Shown here: positions 1 to 16,875 of the stretch, piece after piece | How the letters are laid out: the number at the start of each line of letters is the position of its first letter | How positions within the stretch are numbered: the first letter of the stretch is position 1 | Source of the DNA: Antedon mediterranea | Taxonomy: Eukaryota > Animalia > Echinodermata | Direction: 5' to 3' | DNA length: 64,000 bases | NCBI RefSeq assembly: GCF_964355755.1 | Contig: NC_092680.1 | Location: 13,215,045-13,279,044 of the forward strand | Program-made: the position numbers and the translations under genes | The notes under the pieces: model-generated | What the model was told of the DNA's origin: nothing | What the model saw: the letters and a program-made list of their open reading frames with translations, nothing else | Database searches by the model: none

Positions 1-2483
1 CGGTGTTCATTCAAGAAAAAGAAAATGTTTTCAACAAAGTCAAATAAATAAAATAAATGTATTAATACAATTTGTTACTTCTAAAATTAAAGTAATGGTT
101 TAATTTATATAAATGAATAATATTATAGATAAAACAGCAATAGATGACACTTTGTGGACGATTTCGGCGCTTTAATGCATGACTTATTCTTTTACCTTAA
201 TAATAAACTAACTATTTTAAATTTATGTTTGAAAAGTGATCGTTGGAAAGTCTTTCTTGCTGGAATTATTGAACATTCGGCTGACTGTCTCCAGATGGAT
301 TGATTTTTTCAGCTTCGAATGTTGAATCACAATTTCCAAAACTAAAAACAACTGTATTGCAACCTTGTTAAAGATATATCATTTAAGCAATCTAGTTTAA
401 GCACCCTGATTCTATTAAGCTTATAACAAATCTATATAATTACTTTTTTACTTTTTACTTAACGGTAAATTTAGATATTTAAAAAAAAAAGAAATGAAAT
501 TTTATTTTTATTGGAAATACTTTCAATCCAATTCTAGATTATAAGTTGGACGGCTAGTAATGATTTACTTAATTAATAAATCAAATTATTATTTCTGTTG
601 TTGTTTATTCGAATGCTCAGATTTATACCCGTATTTGTTTACTTCAAATTTTTTTAATTACAGTATATTTTCTCTCTTTTGTAGAGATTTATTATATTAA
701 TAAACATTATGTTTTCATCTAAATTATTATCATTTATACATCATAATTAGTCTTTATCTTATACTTATTTATATAATAATGCTTAAACATTTTTTCCTAC
801 ACTAAATTATATAAAGGTAGTAATGTAATCATCGGAAAATGCAGCTATTAATTATTGTCTAGTATTTAACTATTATTAATCTATTATTACATAGTATAAA
901 AGTATTTTCAATTTCTATTAATTGCCTGGATTTTAGTTTACTTTCTTATATTGTTAAACGGACATTTTATTTCAACATCGGATTAAATACATGTCATAGT
1001 CGTTAGCAAAATGGAAAGTAACATAAAATTCATATTATTTTTAGTTGGTTGTTTTTCGTTTTTTAATATCCTTTCTTATGATGTATTGCTGAACTTTAAC
1101 AAAATAAACGAGAGAAATTTACAAAAGATGGTATTACAATATTTTAAAACATTCTTTTTGATAATTAGAACTGTTGTTTATATGTTGTTAAAACTAATGA
1201 TACTCTCAGTTATTAGTATTTTGTTATAAATTGAGTCATAAAATAAAATATTTCCAAGTTTGAGCGCTAAAGCAAATCATTTAGTACTACAAGAGGTAAT
1301 TTGCTATTAATCTTAATGCCTAAATGACATCTTTTATGCAATGTATTTTAAACAAATTGACTCTTAATTTTGTCCGTAAGTTTTTCTTTAATTTTCAAAC
1401 TATTCGTTTGATAGTAATGTTGATAAATTTCGCGGGTTTTTTTTAATGTATATATATATTTTTAATATCGAATTTTTTTCCGAAATCTGAACAATTGGTT
1501 AAATATTGGACAGTGGCAATATTTCGATTACCGTAGTTCGAAAATGATTAATGACTATGATAGCCGTTTCATAAGAAAAAAGCACAACACAGGATCACAT
1601 GTGTTTCACATGTATCACCTAGTATCATAATTGACCATAACCTAATTTGTAATGTGATACACATGAGAGGCTGTATTACGGAATATGTGGAGATACAGAG
1701 TGAAAATCGGTTTTTATGTTATACTATACTATCAATCACTATCGTTACTTGAAACCTGGCGATTGACTTAAGTTATTTAGATAGTGAATTATTCTTAGAA
1801 TCAATATAAATTATAAATATTATTTATAATGTATGTTGATCATAAATGTGTTTGTCTAATTTCCGTTTGTGGAAAGTAAACAGCATTACGATATTTAGTT
1901 TTCTTAAAATTATACATTAATTTTATCTTCAACTAATTTGTAGGCCTAAGTGGATCTTGAGAACATTAACTCTTTGCTGATTTACAGTACACTATCATTT
2001 TGCCCGTACCATGTTTACTAAAGTTTGTTCGCAAGCGTTCTCCTCATGCGTACTAACATTTGTCACGTCAGTTTGAGAAAAATTCACCAAAAACAATTTA
2101 ATTCTCCTGGTTCTATTACTATGACATCATTCAAGTTATGACGTACAATAGCATTGTAACAAGTATTTATTCGGATGTTCTTTCTTTTCTAATTAAACGA
2201 AACTGCTTTTAAATTTAAAAACACATTTCACATATTTGCTGTCCCATTTTCAAATTATCGTTTTTGGAAATAGTGACAGGTTTTCTCTTTTTTCCTTCGT
2301 ATGTCATCGAACGCACATGATCTTTTTTCTAAAGGTTTTTTTAAAGAATGGACTTCTTTTATTTCAAGAGACATTGCAACAATTAGACAAATTCCACATT
2401 GGATAAGGATGACAAATGGAATATATGATTGATTGTGTTAGTAAGTATTATTGACGTATCATACTGTATTCCATTTTTTGTAG

Positions 2484-5400
2484 GCGTCACAAGCGGCAGC
2501 ATGCTTCCAAACACGTCTGCTGTACTACAGACTTCAATCAGAGACGAACTACTCTTAGACCAACTTTCTTTTCATCGAAGACGACAGGTAAGCAGTGCTC
2601 TAAAGGTGAGGGCTTGACACTCAAAACAAGTAGTTTCTTCTTAAATATTTTCTACCATTTAAGCTGCCAAAATACACTACCAGTAAAATTCTTCAGACAA
2701 TAATTGTAGTACAATAATGTCTTTAGAATTTGCTAAAAATACGTTTCTTTTTAAATCTTTTCTGCCATTTCAGCTATCAAAAAACAGTACCAGTAATATT
2801 CTTTAGACTTAAATTGTAGTACAATAATGGCTTTAAAACTCACTAATAAAAATCTTACTAATAAAAAACGTTTAAACCTTAGCTTAGTTCCATAAAAAGT
2901 AACAAAAACGATATTATCCCAATTTTTTAAATTATATTTTACTTTCGATACGTACTGTTTTTTTTTATTATATTTTCCAATTTTAAAAATTATATTTTAC
3001 TTTCGATACGTACTGTTTTTTTAAATTATATTTTCAAGAAATTCGATATTTATTGAACAAAGTTCAAGACTATTGTGATAATTCCATAAAGTGGATACCT
3101 ATTTTAATAAACATTTATGAAACAATATAAATTACAACAACAAATGACGGTTGTCTTAAATATACATTAAATAATTCATATAACTTAATACCACCAAATA
3201 AAAAGATTTATGTTAGAAATCTTACCAATAACAATTGGGCGATTTACCTTTTGATTTATGAATTTTAATTAAGAAAATAGATTGTTAGAACCTACTTAGA
3301 AACTGGAATGTAAATCTACTAAATTGGCAAGAGCTTTGAAATTGAAGACTGGTATTTAATGATTATGTATTCTTATCAACAAAGTAAAGTTTGCATAACT
3401 GTACCAGAGAAATAAATATAGTGTATTAACTCAAGATTTATGACTTAAGCGTAGGGTTTCTTTATTGTACTTAAGCAATAATGCAAATTGGTTCGCTTTA
3501 TTCATTTCAATAACTGTAATCAATTTGTGATTGATGTTAATATCACCAAGCAATCGTAAGTTACTTGGAATAATAACAAGAGTAATATAAGTGATTCATT
3601 CTAACAACGCAAATAATGATATTGAACTTAGATTTATCTAAACTCGATTCATATGACAATCTGTAAAACAAAACTAAAGTTCATTTGTACATTTTAAAGT
3701 ACTTTTATTCTAAATAAATACAGAAAATGAAAAATAATAACGACAAAATACCTTACCGTTATTTATGTGAAGTAGCTGTGAGATACACAAGGAACAACCT
3801 TTACATGAAATATGCAGCAGTACTCGAATATTACTCGAAATATACTGGAAATTGCGAGTATTTCGCATTTTATCGAAGCATACATGATTACCAATTTATC
3901 TGGTGACTACTTTGTTTTTAGTCGCGTGGACGCGACTCAATAGTTCACTATGTCGGTCGGTCGGTCTGTCGGTCTGTCGGTCTGTCTGTCGGTCCGGCAT
4001 CACTATGCGTGTTATCGCTTTTCTGTACTTTTTGAACTGTTTTGATGTACATTACTTTTTGAAAGTTCATTTTTTTTTCTGAGAGCACGCGACTTATGGC
4101 TGTTGGCCTTGTTCTACATTAATTGGTTCTAGTTTTATTCTACTTTAATAAAAGAAATGCATATTATTTATATCTTATAGCGGCGGAATCGTACGACGTT
4201 CACTCCACAACAATTACAAGAACTAGAAGCTCTATTTAATCGAACACATTATCCAGATATATTCGTCAGAGAAGATCTTGCAATTCGAACACATTTAAGT
4301 GAAGCCAGGATCCAAGTGAGTTTATACTTTAATGATGTATAGGCGACACGCAGATTGCCTGAATAAACTGGATTTATTCTAGCTGAATTACAGACTTTAT
4401 TGAAAATTAAAACCTGTTTTAATATACATCTAATAGTAAATAGTTGTTACGCATTTCAAAGAACATTTAAATATGATACAACGTGCCCTAAATAATATCA
4501 GTCTGTATTAGACAACCGATATTTGTATAAATACCAAAGTGCAACTAAGAAAAAACTCACACACATATCAAACGATCAATGACTTGCTTAGGCACGATTT
4601 TTTTTATAGCACTAGATAAACTTCCCAATTAATACGATCCCCCTTCTTCTAATCAAAGATCCTTTGCCTTTGTCCACGTAAACACATCATAACAGATATA
4701 TTATTATTATATTATTGTCAAATAATTAAAATGAAATTGTTTTAGGTGTGGTTTCAAAATCGTCGAGCTAAATGGAGGAAAACCACACGAATGCACCTTG
4801 GTCACGATCCGTGGCGTCTTCGTCGACTTCCTTCGTACACGCCGAGTCCGATGCAACGCAACCCTTGGTTGGCTGCAGCGGCGGTAGGGCTGATGTGCCC
4901 TCCATCGGCCGCGACGCTTCCGTTGGACTTGCTTGCCCATGAGTCGCCAAATCACCACGCACCTTCAGCTGCTGATGTCGAAAAGTGAGTTCCTGTAGTG
5001 TCTAGATTTTATTTAAGACATTTGTTCATTCTTATTGATTTGTTGAACTTTCTAAATTCATAATACTGTATAACATTATTGCATTATTCCTCAATGCTGT
5101 TCAATGATTCGCTCGTGGTGAAGCGGATCTTGTCCACCAGTAAAACTTACAAGCGAAGTTTGTGTTTTCAAACGGGTTATAGGTCTAAATAAACTAAAGT
5201 TGTACATTATGTAATCCACCTATTATATAAATACTAACTAATATTACAAATGTTGAAAATCCGTTCTAAAGTTTAGAGAAATGTAGTTTTCATGATGTCA
5301 AACTAAGTCATTTAGGCCTACACTAAAAAGTGTTTAGTATATAGTATTTCTTTATTTTTTCTTTGAAGTTTCATTTTTTTGTTTTTGTTTAAGTAGGCCT

Positions 5401-6407
5401 AATCTAAATAAAAATAACCTGCTTTGAAAAATCCTCCTTTACTCCAACAAATCTTTAAATTACGAAAAACAAATATGTCAAGAGGAAAGCGTATAAAAAT
5501 GTTGATAGAACGATTCCGTGGCAATCCGTTGACCTCTGCCACTGTGGATTGTCATCTAATGAGAAGTAGACGAACGAGCGTCTAACGCGTTTAACATCAA
5601 AACGCACTGGTTTACAGCTCTCACATCCACATTGGACGTTTCAATCAAACTATCTATCTACATTGCATTATGGGACATTTCAATCACTATCAATTTGAAA
5701 TGCATTTTCACGATTCCTATCAATCAGTCTATTTTTAAGCTTTAACAAAACTATTTTATGTGTAATTAAAACTATGAGTTTCTCAACGATTTGTCAAATT
5801 GATTTATTTCATGAATTTTTACCATTTCCCTTTATCAATCATACATAAACTTTACATCTCAAGAAAAATAACACTATTTTATAGAGTTATGTCTTTCTAT
5901 ATTTATTTATCTTCCAAAATTTACCGCGCAACGATAAAAAGAAACGCTTTTCAAATAATCTAAACCTAAAATGTAATACAACAAAAAATGATAGGATGTG
6001 TATTTTTATTTCTATTACAAGACTTCTCATTGGCTGTTTTTTCTTGGGGATACTAATATACAAACTACCTAACCTATAAGAATGTGTTTTAGAAAAAAAA
6101 ATTGATATGCTCTAAATGCTTACATTATTACAAAACGATGTAAACAATTTTTTTGTTGAACCATATAAAGTATTTCTATATATTTTTGTTTTATACTAGA
6201 TGTAACCTATCTCTGGGTTCTGGTGCTGTGCCGAGCTGTTCGTGTTATTCAACACTCGTATCCACACCTAGTACGTATTCGGGAATGTTCGGGTTCGTCA
6301 GCGGAAGTAACACAACTAGTTCATCGAGTATTGCCGAACTCCGCCTAAAAGCAAAAGAGCATGCTGGGATTACTAAAGATCCAAGTCTAAAAGCGCAGAC
6401 AACTTAA
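2484..6407 (+). CDS. PRD-class (Q50) homeobox transcription factor with C-terminal OAR motif; CG11294-like (DRGX/aristaless-related)
   Basis: Exons 2484-2587 (first in-frame ATG 2501), 4181-4315, 4746-4984 and 6200-6407, all GT-AG and phase-compatible. Spliced homeodomain [46 protein letters not shown]|[12 protein letters not shown], with the typical PRD intron between Q and V. OAR motif [15 protein letters not shown] in the last exon. A further upstream exon is possible, since there is an acceptor at 2483. Confidence 0.93.
3915..4113 (+). mobile_element. Helentron-associated non-autonomous element (HINE/DINE-1-like)
   Basis: T-run, then AGTCGCGTG-GACGCGACT (subTIR plus inverted repeat), a (GTCG/GTCT)n microsatellite, a 3' CACGCGACT subTIR and a short GGC..GCC stem before TTGTT. 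A related inverted partial copy lies at ~35486-35572. Confidence 0.7.
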
Positions 6408-7599
6408 ATGAACAAAATGCATTTATTCTTAAGAACTTTAAACAAAGAATTACTGTTGGACTACAGTTAGCTTGATCTAAAATCAATCTGATGTGAAAGT
6501 AGGTTTTGAAATAAAAATTTATGCCTATTTGGCTGGCTGTCAATAGGAATGGAAGAAGAAAATAGAGCAGGCAATACCGTGTCGTTGCAAAGATGTAAAA
6601 AGAATTAGGACTTACCATCTGTTGTCATCCCGATGTTCTGGTTAGCCATTTAATTTGTTTACATAGATCCTTTCAATTTTTATCCTCAAATACACACCTC
6701 TACAAATAAAACTTTTTTAATAGCAAAGCAAGAAGTTTCATTTTAATGTATAGGCCTACATTGTAAATAGTCATGTTTTTGTATAAACTAATCGATTCAT
6801 ATCAAGGGGCTCCCCAGTGTTCCTAATAATGATATAAATGTGATATTAAATAAGATTCGAATTTATATAATTGAATACAAAGACCGGGTGTCAAGAGACA
6901 CAATAGAAGCAAGATATGTATGTCTATTTGTACGGCCGCCGTGAAGTATAGATTGCAAAAATACTGGTATATAGGCCTACAAGATGGCTGAGCATTTTAA
7001 ATAGGTTCATTAGGCCTACAAAAGGCAGTAGGCCTACTTTTGTTAAATAATCATGCTTTTTGTTTGGTAATAAAGCATATTGATGTATTTTAATACCATA
7101 ATGTCTCTTTAACGTTATCATCATCTAAAGAGTATAGTAGCCAATTAAAGCCTGTCGAAAAATAAAAGGGTCAAAATACGGGTATTTATTGATCCCAAAA
7201 AATAGTTAGTATGCCGGTCACTGGGCTCTGGTACTGTGCAGTACTACAGGGTTTTTTTTTACAAAAATGGACAAATTTCGACCCTTTTATTTTTCAACAA
7301 ACTGGTCATTATGGCTCTATAAGATGATACAAAGCAATATGCAGCCATATTATCGCATAATAATTGAATTTTAAAAAGGATATTTTGGCAATTTTTCGAA
7401 AGCATTCCTGTACTATTAGTACAGGGATTTTTTCAAAAAATGGCACAAATTTCGACCCTTTTATTTTTCAACAAAACTGATCATTATGGCTCTATAAGAT
7501 GATACAAAAAAAATATACAGCCATACTATTGCATAATTGACTTTTAATTTATTTTTTCTATTTTCAATTGTAAACTTTGCAAATTAATTGTCTATAATA

Positions 7600-7705
7600 C
7601 CCCTTTCGAGACGAGTAGGGATTACCCTGGTGTACTATTACATCACAGCCCTCTGGGGGAGAACAGTCTTTGACTGAAGAGGAAATGAATAACAACAAAC
7701 AAATC
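7600..7705 (+). mobile_element. 3' fragment of the Deu-domain SINE family seen at 9256
   Basis: Shares CTTTCGAGACGAGTAGGG..TTACCC.GGTGTA..ACATCACAGCC..CAGTCTTTGACTGAAGAGG with 9447-9544. Confidence 0.75.
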
Positions 7706-8380
7706 GAGGAACAACTTCCTATTAGCTAAAGGGTTTTGTCAGTCATTTAATATGACATTATAACATTACAAGACTTTCAATTAAAAATTATTATAGTAAG
7801 ACATTTTAAAGGTTCATAATTAAAATAATTGATTAAAAAAAATGTTATTAAATAAAGAGCAGAATTAGAGAGGCATAATTGAATTTTTAAAAGTTGAGAG
7901 AGGCAGTGGACGAAAGAGCCTGCGGCATTCAACCAGCTACTGTATATATGCAACAACTGCGGTAGAGGTTGCCATGACAACATTAAAGTCAATAGCCTGC
8001 CCCGATTGCAAAATGTGACGAATCCAATGATTAGTTAAGATCGAAATTGGCCTATATGAGGTCTCTATGCCTTTTTTACAAGGTAAAACCATGGTTTAAA
8101 AAAATTAGCAGAAATTGACAGTTTTAAGTCTAGTGATGGAGACATGAACTTTGACATGGAGATGCTTTGCACAATCATAACATAATCTAATTCAAACCAT
8201 GCATCATACAAATATTACCTATTGCACATGTCCTGTAATTTATACTTACATGATTATATTAAAGCTAAGCGTTTATATTAAAGCTAAGCGTTTATATTAA
8301 AGCAAAGCGTTTTTCTTTAAAATGTTCTCTTCATTATAATACAAAAATACTAATTTATTATAAAAAAAATAGTAAAATCT

Positions 8381-11777
<3,397 letters not shown>

Positions 11778-12348
11778 TTTAGAAAAGAAAACGAATGTTT
11801 TTACTCTAGCCTAGTCTCTGACTCTCGATATATTGCATACGTCGTCGTCGTGGCCACCACGCGGTGATTGTTGTGTTTATATATTACGTCATACGGTTGC
11901 TTGGTTACTTAGGCTAGGCTATACTATACTGTTTATTTGTGCGCTGCGTAGCCTTTATTTTATTGTGTTTCTATTTTTGACAAAAATTTAATAATTCGGT
12001 TTTTTTTACACGGGCATAAATAATATGGTATAAATAATATAATCCTACGTATGCAATGCATCATTATGAAACTGCAAAAATGTGCCATGCAACTTTTTTG
12101 TCATGCTGTTCTTCAATCGATTTTCATTGATGTGGTTTTTTTTACACACAAAACACAACAAACAAACAAATAGACCGTCGTTGAGGGCGTTTGTAAAAGA
12201 AAATATATTATCGTCGCGAGATCACAGAAACCGGGAGAAAGTTGGTTAAAAAAGAAGGTATTTTCAGTGTTGATTCTTGAATTGCTTTTATTTATATTGA
12301 TTTTATATTTTATTATAACTTGGTAGATACAAATTAAGATATAATAAC
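11778..12348. promoter_or_regulatory. Bidirectional promoter / 5' UTR region of CFAP95 and NDUFS5
   Basis: The CFAP95 ATG at 11777 (-) faces away from a putative non-coding NDUFS5 exon ending at the GTAAGT donor at 12349. Local CpG clusters, a TTACGTCA CRE-like site at 11884, TGTTTA/AAACAAA forkhead-like sites, and TCGCGAGA at 12214. Confidence 0.65.
11896..11908 (-). promoter_or_regulatory. RFX X-box
   Basis: Reverse complement GTAACC-A-AGCAAC fits GTNRCC-N(0-3)-RGYAAC exactly, ~120 bp upstream of the ATG of a ciliary gene. Confidence 0.7.
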
Positions 12349-12464
12349 GTAAGTAAACTACTGAAACCCCTCTCTAGACTAGGCCTAGCCTGACTAGCTA
12401 GCTAGTCTACAGCCTCTACAGGGCTAGCCTAGGCCTAGGCCTAGCTAGTAGGCTAGGCCTAGTA

Positions 12465-13048
12465 CGGTTTACGATGAAATCGGTCGCGTTTTATTATTAT
12501 TATCTAATTATCCTAAAACCATGCTCACGTCAGAGTGGCGGATATCGAACGTAAAAATCATCGTCATGCATCATCTTCCTTTATTTGCATAAACCTCATT
12601 GTTTATTGAGCTGGAATTTACTTGCAGGTAAACTTAAACAATATTCAAAAAAACATTTTTAAAACGATTTTCTAAACTACAATACATCACAATTATTCAT
12701 TTTTTGACACCTGTAAGAAAAAATGAAAACACAAATTATTTTTATAAATAATGAGATAAATATTATATTTATTTACTGTACTTAAAAAATAATAACTGAA
12801 AATAAATATAAAAATTTAATAGTATTATTAGAAATTCTATATTCAAAATTAACTAAAAAAGTATTTAGTGTTTTCATTAAAAATGTATCTAGTGCGTCCC
12901 ATACAAATTAGTGCGACCAAAATAAACGTGACCGATATCAAGCGTATTACTAATATGATAAAAAGCGTATCTAGCGGCGCTCCATACAAAATGCCGGATG
13001 TTGATTTTATCGCGACCGATTTCAAACGCGACCGATTTCATCTGACCG
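12465..13048. mobile_element. Non-autonomous TIR element with apparent 6-bp TSD in NDUFS5 intron 1
   Basis: Ends CGGTTTACGATGAAATCGGTCGCGTTT and AAACGCGACCGATTTCATCTGACCG. CTAGTA on both flanks (12459-12464, 13049-13054). Repeated CGACCGAT subterminal motifs. Confidence 0.65.
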
Positions 13049-13279
13049 CTAGTACTACTAGGGCCTAGGCCTACTACGATGGAGAGGGGGATCGGGCCCG
13101 GTGGCCTGCTGACTGCTGCTGAGCCTAAAAAGGCTCATAGGCCTAGCTAATTGTTTTCTTTTTAGTAGACTTGGCCTAGCCTCCTACATAGCTGGGTTCC
13201 TTCTGAATGATTGGCTAAAATAAGAATAGACTATTTTTAATTACTGTATTTATTTTTAATTTTCTTTCAATCAGGTATC

Positions 13280-13906
13280 ATGGTCGATAAGATTCCAAAG
13301 CACTCTTTGGATCTGCACTATGCTGGGTTTAATGTTCCAAAAACACATTTTAGCTTTGAACCAAAATGTGCTGATTTTGAGAGAGATTGGTTGAGATGCT
13401 CTGATGGTCTTGGTTATACAAGAGCTTTAAAAGAGTGTGACTTTGAGTATTCCGATTTTATTGAGTGTGTACGAGATTCTAAAAAGGTAATTGTGCAATA
13501 TTATCAATTCACCATAAATATCCTTGGCAAATAATCATGCACTGTAATCCCGTAAGCTCTGTCTACACTTTTTAACTATCAAACTTTATGTGATAAAACA
13601 ATGTGATATGCCCATGAACATGATGATGTCATATCACTACCATATTTGGTATTTTCACCTACCATATTCTGCCACAACAAACTTGTTGTCACTAGTTTGA
13701 TAGTGTAGACAGAGCTTAAGATTCAACATCTTTTTATGAATAACTGATTTTGGAAGAGTTTAATGTACTAATAAGTTTTGAATTAATTGATTTGTTTTTA
13801 TTAATATTAGGAAAGACGTTATATCACAATCAAGAAACAGAGAGATAAGTTAATAAAAGAAGGAAAATATACACCACCACCATATCCTACAGAACAACTC
13901 AACTGA
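13280..13906 (+). CDS. NDUFS5: NADH:ubiquinone oxidoreductase subunit S5 (complex I 15 kDa), 100 aa
   Basis: Exons 13280-13486 and 13811-13906. Twin CX9C (CADFERDWLRC, CDFEYSDFIEC) and C-terminal KQRDKLIKEGKYTPPP identical to the recalled human motif. AATAAA at ~13980. Confidence 0.96.
13556..13715. mobile_element. MITE (GCTCTGTCTACACT family) in NDUFS5 intron
   Basis: TAA-GCTCTGTCTACACT ... AGTGTAGACAGAGC-TTA; the TAA/TTA flanks suggest a PIF/Harbinger (Tourist-like) element. Confidence 0.75.
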
Positions 13907-15156
13907 AAAAAGGATATGTCATCAAATACATCTACTGAAAAAAAAATACATTTAGTCTTTATTTAATTTAATGGAGTTCAATAAAATGCAGTAATATTTC
14001 GATTAGTCTAAAATATCAAAGATAACTGTTACAGGACTGAATGCATTCTATTTTGTTTTAAGTTGAGACATTTAAAATACGAAATAATGAGGATTGTTTG
14101 GTTGGTTGTGCCTAATTCAACAGAGTTACTGAGGTTTTTACTTGATTTTTGAAGAATACTAGATAGTTGTTGTATTGCTATTAAACTATATAAATACAAC
14201 AGTTCGTTTGTGTGTGTGTGTGTTCTTAATTTTTTTTTAAATTAAATTTGTAAAAAAGTCTGGCTCATAGATGAATTAATTATGTACTTAGTAGCAGTGG
14301 TGGCGCCAGCGGGGGGGGGGGGCTACGGGGGCTCTAGCCCCCTCGTCGGGGAGCCTAGCCCCCCCCCCCCCCCCCCCCCCGTCGGGGAACACGGGTACTT
14401 TTTGTCGGGGAATATAATATACAGTAAACAAGAAATATTTCTTACAAAAAACGCCGCGTAACTTTTTGACTGGACAGTTGTAAGAACAGTCTTCATTAAT
14501 CTAATATAATAGGTCGGCCAATCAAAACGCAAGTGAACAATTGGGACTTTACTTGTGATTTATGTCATTGGCCTGTCAGCACAGTCGTTTCTTTCTAGAA
14601 TTAAACGCACAAATTTGTATTGGGAATAATGTATATGGTTATTACTATCGCATTTAGGTATTGATAATAATAATAATATGGCTTTTGAATATATAATTAC
14701 TGTCTGTAGAATAACATTTATACATTTTCGGTTCGCGATGAAAAGTTATATGAATGGATTTGTAATAGGTATTTATAATAATAGTATATGGGTTGTATTA
14801 TTGCTAAGCTATCACCAAATCGCGTTATAACATTATTTCTCAGGGTTTTTTGCACCATTGATCAATACCAAACGCGTATCGGTATTATAGTTTTTAATGA
14901 ATCATTACATTAATAAAAATACCCAATTAAATCAATCGCGTCAGTCCAATTCCGACTTATGTTTCGATCACATAGTTCTGTGTCTACACTGTCCCAACTA
15001 GTTTAACAAAAAAAGTGTGATGTGCCGAAATATGGTAGTGATATGCCCGATTATCGTAGTGATATGACATCGTCATGTCTATATAATATGGGCACATCAT
15101 ATTTTATTTAGTTTGATAGTATAGACAGAGCTTAAGGATTATATTTAAAAAATGTT

Positions 15157-15440
15157 TTCTTACATTTTGAACGGAAGTATTTATTTGTTTATAAGCCCAA
15201 TTTTCCAGTCTTAATTTTACATTTTGAAAAAAAGTGTTTATTTGTTTATAAGCCCAATTTTCCAGTCTTAATTTTACATTTTGAAAAAAAGTATTTTATT
15301 TGTTGATAAGCCCAACTGTGCAGTCTTATTTTACATTTTGAACGAAAGTATTTATTTGTTGATAAGCCCAATTTTGCAGTCTTATTTTACATTTTAAACG
15401 AAAGTATTTATTTGTTGATAAGCCGAATTTTCCAGTTTAA
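15157..15440. repeat. ~56-bp tandem repeat, ~5 copies
   Basis: Unit ~TTACATTTTGAACGAAAGTATTTATTTGTTGATAAGCCCAATTTTCCAGTCTTA(A)TT. The block is duplicated again at ~15980-16125. Confidence 0.85.
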
Positions 15441-16509
15441 TAATAATGACCCCTTCCACAGTGCTTATACCATATACATTTTACATGATATTGACCGTGG
15501 GTTCTTTACGCCTCTGATGCATTTGTTTTTATTGTACCTTTTTAATAAATTATTATATGTTTAGGCCTAATCACACCCAATTTAATGAAACGGTCAGATT
15601 CCGATTTCAATTGAACGAAAGTAGTACTGTATTTATTATTCATTGATAAGCCAAGGGTCCCATGGCGTTAGCCGATATCTTGAGCATTTGACTCTTGTAA
15701 CACAAATCATTCTTCAAAATCTAAAGAAAGAACCTCACACGTCTTTTTTGTGAGTGATACACTATGGATATGCCCACGGAAATAATATGTGGACATTGCA
15801 AACAATCATAGGCCTACAGTAACAAACATAACATGGCTAATAAGCATAACATTCAGACTTGCTTGTTTTCTAGTGGATTTTTATTTACTTTAGCATGTAG
15901 AATAAAACTAGTAACAGTGGCTATATTAATAATTATACTGATTATCCTTGATGTTATCGCGTCTAATAATAAAATATTTTGTTGTTGATAAGCCCAATTT
16001 TTCAGCCTTGATTTTACATTTTGAACGAAAGTATTTATTTGTTGATAAGCCCAATTTTGCAGTCTTAATAATGACCCTTCCACCGTGCATTTTACATGAT
16101 ATTGACCGAGGGTTTTTACGCCTCTATAGGCACTGATCAATACCATAATTAATGTACTTTTTTAAATGAATATTGAAATGTTTCAACACTCCCAGATTTC
16201 CTCATCTTTATCGTTTCAAAAATTAATTAAATAATTTTCAGTGTATCACCGGGCGGTTTGGAATTTATTTCTATGCCTGTTGTGTTTATATATATAATAT
16301 TAAGTATAATTATGAATTCACCAACACTTTCAGGCCCGGGGCCGAGTTGTAGACCAGACTTCCATGCACAGCCACATGTTAAGGAATATGAATCTCTTTA
16401 TGATTTTAATATGGTTCGAAATGATATTACACAACAACGATTAGACAGCAACTGTGCAAGAGTCAAACTAATAAAATCGGAATGATCAATTAATTGAACA
16501 TTTACAGCA

Positions 16510-16875
16510 TAAGGCCCATACACTAGGACGATAACTATCGACGATAAATAGACAAATGTGCATTTTTAATACATAAACCAAAAGAAATATAAACAATTCC
16601 TTTGATGAAAATTATATTTTCACACGTCCAATCAAATGACGTCATGATTAGTAAGACCAATAATATCGTGACAATACAGCGATTTTATTGTTTTTATTTA
16701 TCATGACGTCATTTGATTGGAATTTGAAAAACATTATTTTTATCAAAGACAGCATAAATGATTATCCTATAGGTCTAGAACGAAAACCTTTCTAATTTCT
16801 TTTGGTTTATGTAAAAAAAATGCATGCTATATATTTATCGTCTGTCGTTATCGTCATAGTGTAATTGGGCCTTTA
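16510..16875. mobile_element. Foldback MITE
   Basis: Termini AAGGCCCA.TACACTA.GACGATAAC / GTTATCGTC.TAGTGTAATTGGGCCTT. Internal inverted arms (CCAATCAAATGACGTCATGAT / ATCATGACGTCATTTGATTGG). Confidence 0.75.

Noticed and set aside
2632-3035. Short local duplications (also 7236-7540)
   Set aside because: Ordinary intronic or intergenic tandem duplications with no further structure seen.
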